A stretch of DNA of 64,000 nt, taken from a virus. Shown piece after piece: positions 8,867-17,694 of this stretch (position 1 is the stretch's first letter; each line of letters starts with the position of its first letter). The position numbers were made by a program, and so were the translations under genes. Location: positions 32,001 through 96,000 of the IMG/VR virus record IMGVR_UViG_3300009093_000036; one strand, 5' to 3'. The notes under the pieces were generated by a model, which was given only the letters and a program-made list of their open reading frames with translations, was not told where the DNA came from and made no database searches.

Positions 8867-10093
8867 TTACAGGTTCAGGCCCGGGACGCCGGCGGCGAGA
8901 TTGAGGGCTCCATCCGCCTGTCGAATGCCGAAGCTTCCGAAGAGCTGAATGCCGGCGAAGGCGGCTCGACCCAGCAACAGGTAGTTGGCACTTGGACGAC
9001 CGACGTTGACCCCTAGCTTCGCGAGCTGGCCACGGGCCTGGTTGTCGAGCTCCTCGGGGCTGTTCAGACGAAGGAGCTCCTGGACGCGGTTGAGCTCCTC
9101 CTGGTCGTACTGCGGCTGTGTGGTGTCGTGGACGAACGCTGTGTACTCGTCCTTCTGCTGCCAGATCGGGACACGCTCACCGTTCGACCCAGGAGCGGAC
9201 GGGAAGCTCGCCTGGTTCTCGATCGGCGGGACGTAGAGCTGGTTGCCGATGCCCTTGTTCGGGAAGGCGAGGCTGCGGCCGTAGAGCGTGTTCTTCGCCT
9301 GCTCGATCGCACGCTGGATCGTGAACGTCGCATCGTTCGCGAACCGCTGAGCGTCGGCGAGGAAGCCGGTGAGGCTGTCCTGATTGCCCAAGGACGACTG
9401 GACATCCGCGGTCGCTGCCGGGTCGTCCGGAGGAACGGTCGTGGGCGTCGGTCCGGGCGTCCGATCCGCCATCTCGTCGTTGTAGATGGGCGAGAAGATG
9501 CTGCCGACGTCGCCGATGATCGAGTAGTTCGTGCAGAACACCTGGAACGTCAGCGGGAGCTTGTACGGGTCCTCGACTGTCTGCACCGCCTGCGCCTGGA
9601 GCATGTAGCCCTCGATGACGACGTCATCGAAGTACAAGTACATCCGGGCGTTGCGTTCGAGCAGCTTCGTTCCTCGCAACGTGTCGTTGTAGTTCTTCCA
9701 CCACTCCGACTTCCAGTTGAAGTTCCGTGCGTTCAGGATGACAGCGTTGAAGGTGTAGATGCGGGGGCGCTCTCCGAAGAAGAAGATGTAGTCCTCTCCG
9801 AAGGTCTCCACGATCTGCTGCTTCTCGACGCGCTGCTCCTGAACGGACTGAAGGATGAAGTTCGAGTACTCGATGCTCTGACCGATGCCGTTGACATCAG
9901 TGGCGCTGCTGCTGTCGACGAGCGGGATGGGGCGACCGACGGCGTCGATGACCTTGATCGTGGCGTAGGTGTCCTTCTTCACCTCGATGCCACGCGTCGG
10001 TCGCCGCACGTTCTGTGAGGTACGGGTCTCCTGCGCGGCGTCGTTGAAGACGTCCTCGAAGGGAGAGGTCGTAACGCTGATGAAGACCGCCAC
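8867..10093 (-). CDS. putative tail-tube-fold baseplate/tail protein, 408 aa
   Basis: EKQQIVETFGEDYIFFFGERPRIYTF segment resembles tube-fold baseplate proteins; lies between hub and tape measure. Confidence 0.5.
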   Translation of the reverse strand: MAVFISVTTSPFEDVFNDAAQETRTSQNVRRPTRGIEVKKDTYATIKVIDAVGRPIPLVDSSSATDVNGIGQSIEYSNFILQSVQEQRVEKQQIVETFGEDYIFFFGERPRIYTFNAVILNARNFNWKSEWWKNYNDTLRGTKLLERNARMYLYFDDVVIEGYMLQAQAVQTVEDPYKLPLTFQVFCTNYSIIGDVGSIFSPIYNDEMADRTPGPTPTTVPPDDPAATADVQSSLGNQDSLTGFLADAQRFANDATFTIQRAIEQAKNTLYGRSLAFPNKGIGNQLYVPPIENQASFPSAPGSNGERVPIWQQKDEYTAFVHDTTQPQYDQEELNRVQELLRLNSPEELDNQARGQLAKLGVNVGRPSANYLLLGRAAFAGIQLFGSFGIRQADGALNLAAGVPGLNL

Positions 10094-10101
10094 GCCGGAA
10101 T

Positions 10102-10109
10102 CCTATCAG
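10102..10109 (+). promoter_or_regulatory. CCTATCAG motif overlapping a divergent TAGGAT -10 box
   Basis: 34-bp divergent intergenic region between 10093 and 10128. Confidence 0.55.
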
Positions 10110-10127
10110 GAAGCTGAGGAAGCATCC

Positions 10128-11123
10128 ATGCCGCGCGCAGAACGACCGGAGCGAGCCTTCAAGGCTTGGTCCGACGTCGAAGTCGACAAGCTCAGCTTCT
10201 GGTGGGGCGTCTTCTCCATCCAGACGATCGCAAAGCGCCTCGGCAGAACCCCGGCCGGCGTATCAGAGAAAGCTCGCAAGACGAAGTTGGGGGCCTTCGC
10301 CCAAGACACCATCTCGATGAGAGAGTTCGTACGCTTGAGCGGGTACGAGGACTCTCGCATCCTCGCCAGCGCAGAGGCCATCGGTATCAAGCTCCAGCGC
10401 ATCGGCGTCGGGAACCCGAAGCGTCCGAAGGCGAAGAGGGCCTACGCAATCACCGAGGAGCAGCAAGAGAAGCTGCTCGCACACTTCGCAGAGCATCCGA
10501 ACACCTTCTATCCGAACAAGCCCGGCTCCGGTAAGACGACCCAGGGCGTCTGGGGCATCGGCCGGAAGCCTCCGCAGTGCCTCGACTGCAAGAGAAACGA
10601 CAGACCTCACTACTCCAAGGGCTTGTGCGATGGCTGCTACCAGAAGGTCATGCGCAGCAACCGAAAGAAGAACATGAACAACCCGCCGATTACCCACTTC
10701 CAGGGGAGCTACCGCTTCCTGTCGAACTTCTTTCCCGCCACCATCACGTTCGGAGGACTGAAGTACTACAGCGTCGAGCACGCCTTCCAAGCCGCCAAGA
10801 CGTTGGACCCTGTGAAGAGGGCCCCGCTCACCTTCGCACATGGCACCGAGCTGAGCTGGAATCCCGGCAAGGCGAAGGTGTACGGGCGCAGTCTCGAACT
10901 TCGTCCTGATTGGGAGGACGTCAAGTTCAAGGTGATGGGGCAGCTCCTTCGCGAGAAGTTCACGGAGCACGCCGATCTCGGGAAGAAGCTGATCGCCACT
11001 GGAACCCGCGAGCTCATCGAAGGCAACTACTGGGGCGACCGCATCTGGGGTGTCTGCGACGGCGAGGGGGAGAACCGCCTCGGCAAGTTGCTGATGGAGA
11101 TTCGAGAGGAACTACAGAAATGA
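10128..11123 (+). CDS. HTH-like/Zn-ribbon - NADAR (YbiA/DUF1768) fusion, 331 aa
   Basis: C-terminal FLSNFF, SVEHAFQAAK, DWEDVK..VM, EGNYWGDRIWG, NRLGKLLM; central CxxC...CxxC. Confidence 0.85.
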   Translation: MPRAERPERAFKAWSDVEVDKLSFWWGVFSIQTIAKRLGRTPAGVSEKARKTKLGAFAQDTISMREFVRLSGYEDSRILASAEAIGIKLQRIGVGNPKRPKAKRAYAITEEQQEKLLAHFAEHPNTFYPNKPGSGKTTQGVWGIGRKPPQCLDCKRNDRPHYSKGLCDGCYQKVMRSNRKKNMNNPPITHFQGSYRFLSNFFPATITFGGLKYYSVEHAFQAAKTLDPVKRAPLTFAHGTELSWNPGKAKVYGRSLELRPDWEDVKFKVMGQLLREKFTEHADLGKKLIATGTRELIEGNYWGDRIWGVCDGEGENRLGKLLMEIREELQK

Positions 11124-11668
11124 CTACGCCCGAAGAGAAGATCAAGAAGCTCGACTTCACGAAGGTAACGCGGGACGCCGACAAGACGCGCACCAGGATT
11201 CTCATCAAGCCCCGCTACGGGATGCAGAGCTTGGAGATCGTGTGTGGTCGCACCAACCTGAACCGCAACCGAGACCGTACGCCTTCATACGAACGGCTCA
11301 CGGCCCGGGCTTCATACGGTGTCATCGACTTCGAGCACGACAGCGCGTACATCTTCCAGATCCCGCTCGTCGGTGTAGCACTCGACTTTGTCGAAAACTC
11401 GACCGTCTACTACAGCGGGATCCTGTTGGGACGCGACCCCGAAGACCTCCGCATCTCGTTGGACACCGACTACGATCCGACGAAGCTGAAGGGCGCCTAC
11501 AAGTGCAACGGGAAGGAGTGTCGCTCAGGCAAGTCGCACATGATCGTTCCCGAAGGGTACTGGGCGGGCCCGGAGATGAAGGTCCAGACCCTCTACTTGC
11601 AGCTCGTTGGTGCCGAGGTTTCCGTGATCTTGAGCACGCCAAGCAAGGAGGACCCTGACCACGGCTGA
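11120..11668 (+). CDS. hypothetical protein, 182 aa
   Basis: ATGA overlap with NADAR gene. Confidence 0.7.
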   Translation: MTTPEEKIKKLDFTKVTRDADKTRTRILIKPRYGMQSLEIVCGRTNLNRNRDRTPSYERLTARASYGVIDFEHDSAYIFQIPLVGVALDFVENSTVYYSGILLGRDPEDLRISLDTDYDPTKLKGAYKCNGKECRSGKSHMIVPEGYWAGPEMKVQTLYLQLVGAEVSVILSTPSKEDPDHG

Positions 11669-11675
11669 GACGCCT

Positions 11676-11746
11676 GCCCCCGTAGCTGAGCGGGAAAGCA
11701 GCGGATTCTAAATCCGTGGTCGTGGGTTCGATCCCCACCGGGGGCG
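11676..11746 (+). tRNA. tRNA with CUA anticodon (amber suppressor-type)
   Basis: acceptor GCCCCCG/CGGGGGC, D-arm with GG, anticodon stem GCGGA/TCCGT with loop TT-CTA-AA, 4-nt variable loop, T-arm GTGGG-TTCGATC-CCCAC, G73, no encoded CCA. Confidence 0.9.
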
Positions 11747-11768
11747 AGCAGAAGCAATCACGTTTCTT

Positions 11769-11776
11769 CCTATAAA
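11769..11776 (+). promoter_or_regulatory. CCTATAAA promoter-like motif variant
   Basis: upstream of 11816 start, just after the tRNA. Confidence 0.45.
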
Positions 11777-11815
11777 ACAGATAGAAGAGACAACCTCTTC
11801 CGGAGAAACACGAAC

Positions 11816-12241
11816 ATGAACCAGAACATTCAGAAGGTCCTTCAGCTCGGCGCCCTCATCGATCGCAACAACGAGACGGTTCGCCGACTTCAAGAAGAGA
11901 ACAAGCAACACATGGAGGTCATCGAGTCCCTCGTGGTCCACAAGAGGGACAACCAGCGTCCCTCGAAGAAGATCGAGGACCGTCTCGTCAAGCAGATCAA
12001 GCGCGCCTTCTTCCGTTCGGAGGAGGAGTACGAGAAGACGATCGTCCAAGCGCTCAAGGGCGGGCCTCCCCTCTGCCGTGCGGACTTGGTGCGAAAGACT
12101 CACATCTCGATGAAGACGCTGGCCAAGCTGATGCCACGGCTGGCCGAACGAAACGTGGTGAGGCCCGTGTCAGCCCTCAAGAAGCTGAGTGACGGGCGTG
12201 AGATCAAGGTGCAGGGATGGTCCGCCGGAAAAGCGGCCTGA
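11816..12241 (+). CDS. coiled-coil plus winged-HTH protein, 141 aa
   Basis: C-terminal CRADLVRKTHISMKTLAKLMPRLAERNVV resembles MarR-type wHTH. Confidence 0.6.
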   Translation: MNQNIQKVLQLGALIDRNNETVRRLQEENKQHMEVIESLVVHKRDNQRPSKKIEDRLVKQIKRAFFRSEEEYEKTIVQALKGGPPLCRADLVRKTHISMKTLAKLMPRLAERNVVRPVSALKKLSDGREIKVQGWSAGKAA

Positions 12242-12888
12242 ACTACCCCGGAGACAACCCGCAGAAGGCCGACTCCCGCAACCTGCTCTACCGGACCGTG
12301 ATGTCTTACTGGAAGGCCGCCAAGCCTTCTGGAGACATCATCGTCTTGGCAGGGCATGAAGCGAAGGACGTCGGCCCTCTGCGAGATTATCTTCGGTGGC
12401 CGGCATCTCGCGTCCTTTTCGTGGACATCGACGAACGAGGACTGACCCAAGCTCAGAAAGACTGGCCAGGCGTACGTGTTCATCACGGCGACCTCAGCGA
12501 AGCCGTCAAGCAGGTCAAGCAGATCGCATTGCTGAACTTGGACTTCATGGGCAGCTTCAACGATGACGTGGAGGCTGCCCTGACTGCGGCTGAGGGAAAA
12601 GTCAGTCCACATGGGGTGGTCGCGTACACGTTCTACCGAGGAAGAGAGCACCGATCTCAGCATTCCTTGCAGAAGAACTTGTTCGCAGCTCGCCGTCACA
12701 TCGACCTGAAGAGCTCCGACTACGAGACGATGCGCTGGGTGGCAGCAGGGGCACGACTACAGCGTGGTCTCGTGTTCGAGAACCCTGAGCTCCTGTTGAC
12801 CCATCGCTATCGTTCATCGAGTGCAGCCATGGGCATGCTGGCCATCGCCAACGAGCCGAAGGCCAAGGGGAGTCGACGCAGCAGGTGA
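12217..12888 (+). CDS. putative class I SAM-dependent methyltransferase-fold protein, 223 aa
   Basis: spacing of IIVLAGHE, VLFVDID, HHGDL, LLNLDF fits Rossmann MTase motifs I-IV. Confidence 0.45.
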   Translation: MVRRKSGLNYPGDNPQKADSRNLLYRTVMSYWKAAKPSGDIIVLAGHEAKDVGPLRDYLRWPASRVLFVDIDERGLTQAQKDWPGVRVHHGDLSEAVKQVKQIALLNLDFMGSFNDDVEAALTAAEGKVSPHGVVAYTFYRGREHRSQHSLQKNLFAARRHIDLKSSDYETMRWVAAGARLQRGLVFENPELLLTHRYRSSSAAMGMLAIANEPKAKGSRRSR

Positions 12889-13163
12889 CGTCCCTGCGGA
12901 GACACAGCGATCGCAGTGAGGGCGTTTCCGAGATCGGGTTCCAAGAACTCGGACACGGGAACGCCCTCTGCGCGCGCAGACGAAACGACTCGGCGAAGTT
13001 CTTCTTCGTTTGCCGTCTCCAGAAGCACGAGCGTGTTGGATGTCGTGAACCACTCCCGGTCCACGGCAGGATGCTCCTCCGTGAACGCGCGGATGGCGTG
13101 ACAGAGCTGCGCCGCTCGGAGTCCCGGAGCGAGGTCCTGTCGCGAGACCAGGAAGAGCTTCAT
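12807..13163 (-). CDS. peptidyl-tRNA hydrolase Pth2-like protein, 118 aa
   Basis: KLFLVSRQDL..GLRAAQLCHA, NTLVLL, EPDLGNALTAIAV. Confidence 0.7.
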   Translation of the reverse strand: MKLFLVSRQDLAPGLRAAQLCHAIRAFTEEHPAVDREWFTTSNTLVLLETANEEELRRVVSSARAEGVPVSEFLEPDLGNALTAIAVSPQGRHLLRRLPLAFGSLAMASMPMAALDER

Positions 13164-13588
13164 GCGGCCCTCCGGGGACGCCCAGAGGCCTTCATCTCGC
13201 GAGCTCTTTCCTTTGCCTGCCGGAGATGCTCGGCGTACGACGCGAGCTCCTCGTCGCTGGGCTTGGCCTCCAGCCACGCCTTCACCGCACCCTCGTCGAC
13301 GTCAGCCCCCGCCCAGTAGGCGACGCTGCTCGCGCTGGGCGGCTCCTTCGTGAAGCGCTCGACCTCCCAGTACCTGCGCCCGCGCACGAAGGCGTACGCG
13401 AGCCCCGTGTACCGAATCTGCGAGCGCAGATCGGAGCCATGGCCCCAACACATGAGCATGGTGCTGTGCTGCTGTGCCGTGCGCTCCGCGAACGGGATGC
13501 GCTTGAGCGAGAGGCGCTCCTGAGTGTTGGCGACCTTCGACTTCACGAGCTCACCGAGCTCGAACTTCAGAACCATCTTCTCTTTCAT
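13160..13588 (-). CDS. hypothetical protein, 142 aa
   Basis: AGGAG SD, ATGA overlap with Pth2-like gene. Confidence 0.7.
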   Translation of the reverse strand: MKEKMVLKFELGELVKSKVANTQERLSLKRIPFAERTAQQHSTMLMCWGHGSDLRSQIRYTGLAYAFVRGRRYWEVERFTKEPPSASSVAYWAGADVDEGAVKAWLEAKPSDEELASYAEHLRQAKERAREMKASGRPRRAA

Positions 13589-13655
13589 CGTGAATCTCCT
13601 GCATCTGGTTGCTGTTCGGGTGAGGGAACAGCCCAGCAGGAGGGCCACGGGGAAG

Positions 13656-13751
13656 GTGGAGCTACGTCCAGGTCATGTGCGCATCATCGCCATCGTCCAG
13701 CGCGACGTCAAGCCCGACAACGTGCTCTTCACACGAACAGGTTCGACTTGA
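13656..13751 (+). pseudogene. 31-codon ORF resembling a Ser/Thr kinase catalytic-loop fragment
   Basis: IVQRDVKPDNVLFTRTG vs Hanks subdomain VIb consensus IVHRDxKPxNxL; AGGAGG 12 nt upstream of GTG. Confidence 0.5.
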
Positions 13752-13932
13752 TGATCCAGTCCTTGACCTCACGAGGAACCGGCTCAGCCAGGTTCTCCCC
13801 GGTTGCGATGCGGTGGACCGCCGCCCGCACCAAGACGTCGTAGCAGTCCTCGACCCCGACGCTGTCGAGCGCGGTGACGGTGACTCGTCGCTTGCCGACG
13901 AGATAGTTCATGACGGCTTTCTGACGAGCCAC
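13729..13932 (-). CDS. hypothetical protein, 67 aa
   Basis: GTG start 8 nt after tape measure stop. Confidence 0.55.
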   Translation of the reverse strand: MARQKAVMNYLVGKRRVTVTALDSVGVEDCYDVLVRAAVHRIATGENLAEPVPREVKDWIIKSNLFV

Positions 13933-13940
13933 GGTTCACC

Positions 13941-16900
13941 TCATGCGGCAGGAGTTGCAGTCGGAGGCGTACCACCACCCGCAGGCGCCGGCAGGCGCTC
14001 GCTGAGTGTGGTGCTGATGGTACGGAGGGTCGCGAGGGATTCACGCCCGATCGGGTCACGAGCCTCGGCCTGAGACAGCGAGGCCGCCTGCTGTCGCTGC
14101 TGAGCTCCCTGGATTGCTTGCTGGATGTCTTCACGGCCCGTGAACTGACGGATCGCATCGCGATCGGCAGCGGCGAAGCCACCACGCGAATCGCGACGAG
14201 AGAGCGCTCCACGAAGAAGGTCTCGGGCTTGGGTCGCCTGCTCGGTGCTGAACCCGAGGCCTTCGGGATCGGAAAGCTGGTGCTCGAACTGCCCCATGAT
14301 GTCGAGACGTCGAGAACGGCTCATCCCACCGCCACCCGACAGCGCCTGCTCGAACATCCGCTGAGCTCGGGTGCCGCTGACGCTGCGCCCTCCGATCGAG
14401 AGCTCCATGCTCCCCATACCGAAGCCCGTCACCTGACCGAAGGCAGCATCAACGGCTCCACGGCCACGACGGCGCCCCTGTCCACTGAGCTCGCGCTCCG
14501 TCGAGCGCATCTGGCTGAGACCCGTGAAGAAGGCTCGGCCTGCTTCATCGATCTCACCAGTCTCCGAGCGCATCGCCCGAGACGAGTACTGCCGGAACTC
14601 GGAGTCGGACATCGCCATGAAGCGGCTCTGCATCTCGCTCTGAGCTCGCATCGCGGTGTCGGTGTCACCGGAGGCGAGGGCGGCACTGTAAGCACGCACA
14701 GCACGGCTTCCTGCGCCACGTCCACCACGGCGAGCGATGTCGGCGAGATCGGCCTGGTACTGCTGGAACTGAGCTCCGGCTGCACGCATCGAGGGATCGT
14801 TCTGGACGAACGAAGCGAACTCGGAGCCGAGAGCTCCACCGTTCGTCGCCATGCTCTGCTGCATCTGCATGAGCATCGAGCGAGCTGCGATACCTTCGCG
14901 GGACGCCGGGTCCATGCCGCCGATCGTGGCGCGAAGATGTGCCATCGCGGACTGACGTTCGGCATCGCTACCTGCACCGACCGCAGTACGAACTCGGCGC
15001 ATGAAGTCGGAGTTGCCCTGCAACGACTCGATGTCCTCACGGCTGACACCCGAAATCGCAGCCTGCGTCGCTCGCTGAGCCTCGGTCATGTGGACCTGGC
15101 CGCCGCCGAAGTACGCCGAGGTGCTGAGGCGATCGAGGCGCTCTCGAACGTGGCCGCCGCGAGCGATGAACGAGGTCGCATCAGCACCCGGCTGACGCAG
15201 CGCTTCCATGACTTCGGAACGCATCCCACCGATGCCGAAGGCCATGCCGCCGATGCCCGCCGCAAGACCAACTGCGGCTCCGAGCGGACCGCCGACTGCG
15301 GCGCCCATCATGGTGGCACCTCCGAGAGTCGCGAGGTCTCGTCCGATGCCGCCCATCGTGAGGCGGCCTCCACCACGACCCAGAAGCTGCCCCTCTCCAG
15401 GAGCAGTCGCCGCGTTCGTGATGCCATGCTGGCGCATGAAAGCCGACGTCGCGTTTCCGTTTCCGCCCATGAAGCGGTAGACGTCGTCTGCATTGCCGCT
15501 ACCTGCGGCGGCGAGCTGCGCTTCGAGGATCCGACTGGTTGTTCCCTCCGCGTCACCACGAAGGCCACGTAGAGCACGGATGTCCGCCCCTTGCGTGAGG
15601 ACACCAGCATCAGCAGCACGAGCAATCTGGAGAGCACGAGACGCCCCAGAGAACGTGTTGATCCCCTCGGTCGACATGCCGCGAGCGCGCAGACGAGAGC
15701 CCACGGAAGGTCCCACCTCGAACATGCCCTGCTGGTCGATGTTGAAGGCAGCCTGCGGAGCCGAGAAGCCACCACGCCCGAAGCCCATCGACTCGAAGTC
15801 CTGGCGGGTTGCGCGGCTCTGTCGAAGGTGCCGCATCGCGGTCTGACCTTCCGTAGACATCGAGTCGGAACTGATGCCGAGGACGTCGTTCATGACGCGC
15901 TCCGCCAAGCTCGACACCCTCGTCACGAACGAACGACCTGCATCACGAGCCGCGTTCATGCCCGTCGCATCCTGAACATGATGTTCCAGGTTCCGCATGA
16001 AGGCGTCGACCGAACGACGTTCCGTGATGTCGGAGCGCAGAGCTCCTTCGCGACGAGAGCCCACGGAGTCCGCAGCCTCACGGCTCGCGATCTCTCCCTG
16101 GTTGCGCATCATCGACATCATCACTTCGGACTGCGGGCGGCTCATGTGGAAGCGGCGCTGCAAGACCAGGGAGCCCAGGTCATCTCCCTGGTCCATGGCG
16201 CGTTCGCCCAACATCATCCTCATCATGCCGAGCTGGCCGGCGATGCCACCCTCCTCCATGAGAGAACCGCGGAGAAGACCTTCTCGGTTGATCGCCCGAG
16301 CTCGGCCCATGCCTCCGACAGCAGTGTGAGCTCGCCGGCTCAGATCACCAACGCTCATGCTGCCGGTCGTGAAGTCCATCATGGCGCCAGCATCGAGCCC
16401 GGTGCCTTCACGATTCGACAACCCGAAGATGCTGTAGCGACCTGCGGCGGTGCGGCTGAAGCGGCCCGTCTGCGCCATCATGTCGGTAACGAATGCCTGC
16501 ATTGCGTCGGTGCCCGTACGACCGCCGGTGGCTTCCGAGAGCAGGCCCTCGTTGATCATACCGCCCTGCATCATCGTGGAGACCTGCGAGATGCCTCGCA
16601 GAGCTCCTTGAGCTCCTTGCTGGCCGCGACCACCGAACGATCGAGCGATCTGAGCTCCGTTCGACGCGAGCTGGAGGAGCTGCCCCTGATCCATGCCGGT
16701 CGAGGCGGAGGTCTGCCGGATCGTTGCGGCGAACCGAGTCGCCTGCGTCGAGCCGAAGACTCCGGCCTGGCGGCTCTGGTTCACGAACTCCTGGGCCTCC
16801 TGAAGCGATCCGCCGAGCTCGCGCTGAACGGTGCGCAGGGTCGTGATCATCTCGCGGAAGCGGGTGCGGAAGCCCTCGACATCACGGATGCCCGTGAAGG

Positions 16901-17624
16901 TCCCCATCTCGGCTCCGCCGGCGATGAGCTGGTTGAGCTCCCCCATCGACGTGAACGGGTTCTGGCGGGCCGTCTGAGCGACGGTACTGCCGATCTGACC
17001 CATCTGCTGCTGGTTGAACCCGCGACCGAAGGCGCCCTGGCCTCCCATGAAGTTGAAGTTCTGCCGCAAGTTGGAGTTCAGGGCCATCTGGTCCTGCATG
17101 CCTCCGTAGAAGTTGCGACCCAGAGCTCCGGCGTACTGAGCTCCGGCGTACATCGGAAGAGCAACTGCACCAGCAGCAAGACCGCCGGCGGCGAGCCCAC
17201 CCATGCCTCCGCCGGCCATCCCGAAGGCGCCCATGCCGGCACGCATCGCGAGACCCATCGGGTCCGCCATCGCACCGAGAGCTCCGAGCGGACCACCGAC
17301 AAGACCGAGGCTGCCCGCCATGCCCAGGCCGGCCATCCCGACCCCGGCCATGCTCATCCCCATGTGCCCGGCGTTCGCAAGACGACCCGCCATCACCTCG
17401 CCGTACGCACCTGCCGTCGGTCCGCCGGCGTAGCCGCCATAGCCCCGCATCACACCCATCGCAGAGGGTGGAGGCGGAGGGGGCATCTGCGGCATCATCT
17501 GCGGCGGAGGCCCGCTCATCATGCCGGCTCCGTAGGATGCCTGCTGGGCGTAAGCCTGCATGCCCTGGAACATGGAGTTCTGGGCCATCACCGACTGCGA
17601 GATCCAGGAGGACGAGAACACCAT
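13941..17624 (-). CDS. tail tape measure protein, 1227 aa
   Basis: long Gly/Ala/Met-rich helical protein with hydrophobic GA-rich segments, among tail genes. Confidence 0.8.
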   Translation of the reverse strand: MVFSSSWISQSVMAQNSMFQGMQAYAQQASYGAGMMSGPPPQMMPQMPPPPPPSAMGVMRGYGGYAGGPTAGAYGEVMAGRLANAGHMGMSMAGVGMAGLGMAGSLGLVGGPLGALGAMADPMGLAMRAGMGAFGMAGGGMGGLAAGGLAAGAVALPMYAGAQYAGALGRNFYGGMQDQMALNSNLRQNFNFMGGQGAFGRGFNQQQMGQIGSTVAQTARQNPFTSMGELNQLIAGGAEMGTFTGIRDVEGFRTRFREMITTLRTVQRELGGSLQEAQEFVNQSRQAGVFGSTQATRFAATIRQTSASTGMDQGQLLQLASNGAQIARSFGGRGQQGAQGALRGISQVSTMMQGGMINEGLLSEATGGRTGTDAMQAFVTDMMAQTGRFSRTAAGRYSIFGLSNREGTGLDAGAMMDFTTGSMSVGDLSRRAHTAVGGMGRARAINREGLLRGSLMEEGGIAGQLGMMRMMLGERAMDQGDDLGSLVLQRRFHMSRPQSEVMMSMMRNQGEIASREAADSVGSRREGALRSDITERRSVDAFMRNLEHHVQDATGMNAARDAGRSFVTRVSSLAERVMNDVLGISSDSMSTEGQTAMRHLRQSRATRQDFESMGFGRGGFSAPQAAFNIDQQGMFEVGPSVGSRLRARGMSTEGINTFSGASRALQIARAADAGVLTQGADIRALRGLRGDAEGTTSRILEAQLAAAGSGNADDVYRFMGGNGNATSAFMRQHGITNAATAPGEGQLLGRGGGRLTMGGIGRDLATLGGATMMGAAVGGPLGAAVGLAAGIGGMAFGIGGMRSEVMEALRQPGADATSFIARGGHVRERLDRLSTSAYFGGGQVHMTEAQRATQAAISGVSREDIESLQGNSDFMRRVRTAVGAGSDAERQSAMAHLRATIGGMDPASREGIAARSMLMQMQQSMATNGGALGSEFASFVQNDPSMRAAGAQFQQYQADLADIARRGGRGAGSRAVRAYSAALASGDTDTAMRAQSEMQSRFMAMSDSEFRQYSSRAMRSETGEIDEAGRAFFTGLSQMRSTERELSGQGRRRGRGAVDAAFGQVTGFGMGSMELSIGGRSVSGTRAQRMFEQALSGGGGMSRSRRLDIMGQFEHQLSDPEGLGFSTEQATQARDLLRGALSRRDSRGGFAAADRDAIRQFTGREDIQQAIQGAQQRQQAASLSQAEARDPIGRESLATLRTISTTLSERLPAPAGGGTPPTATPAA

Positions 17625-17647
17625 CGAGCCGGAGTCTAGCGCATCCT

Positions 17648-17655
17648 CCTATCAG
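17648..17655 (+). promoter_or_regulatory. CCTATCAG promoter-like motif
   Basis: upstream of 17695 start, divergent from tape measure. Confidence 0.55.
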
Positions 17656-17694
17656 AAGCGTGGGGATGCAGATGCCCCTATCCAAGGAGATCCT

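Noticed and set aside
11676-11746. tRNA-Pyl interpretation
   Set aside because: It has a canonical D-loop GG, TTCGA T-loop and 5-bp anticodon stem, unlike tRNA-Pyl; no pyl genes are seen.
17440-17530. Poly-Pro/Met-Gly low-complexity stretch as a repeat element
   Set aside because: Protein-level low complexity in the tape measure N-terminus; no DNA repeat unit.
14118-17639. Long plus-strand ORFs (484 and 682 aa) opposite the tape measure
   Set aside because: Antisense shadows typical of high-GC coding DNA; no motifs or SD. The same applies to 24378..26021, 6066..7178 and similar.
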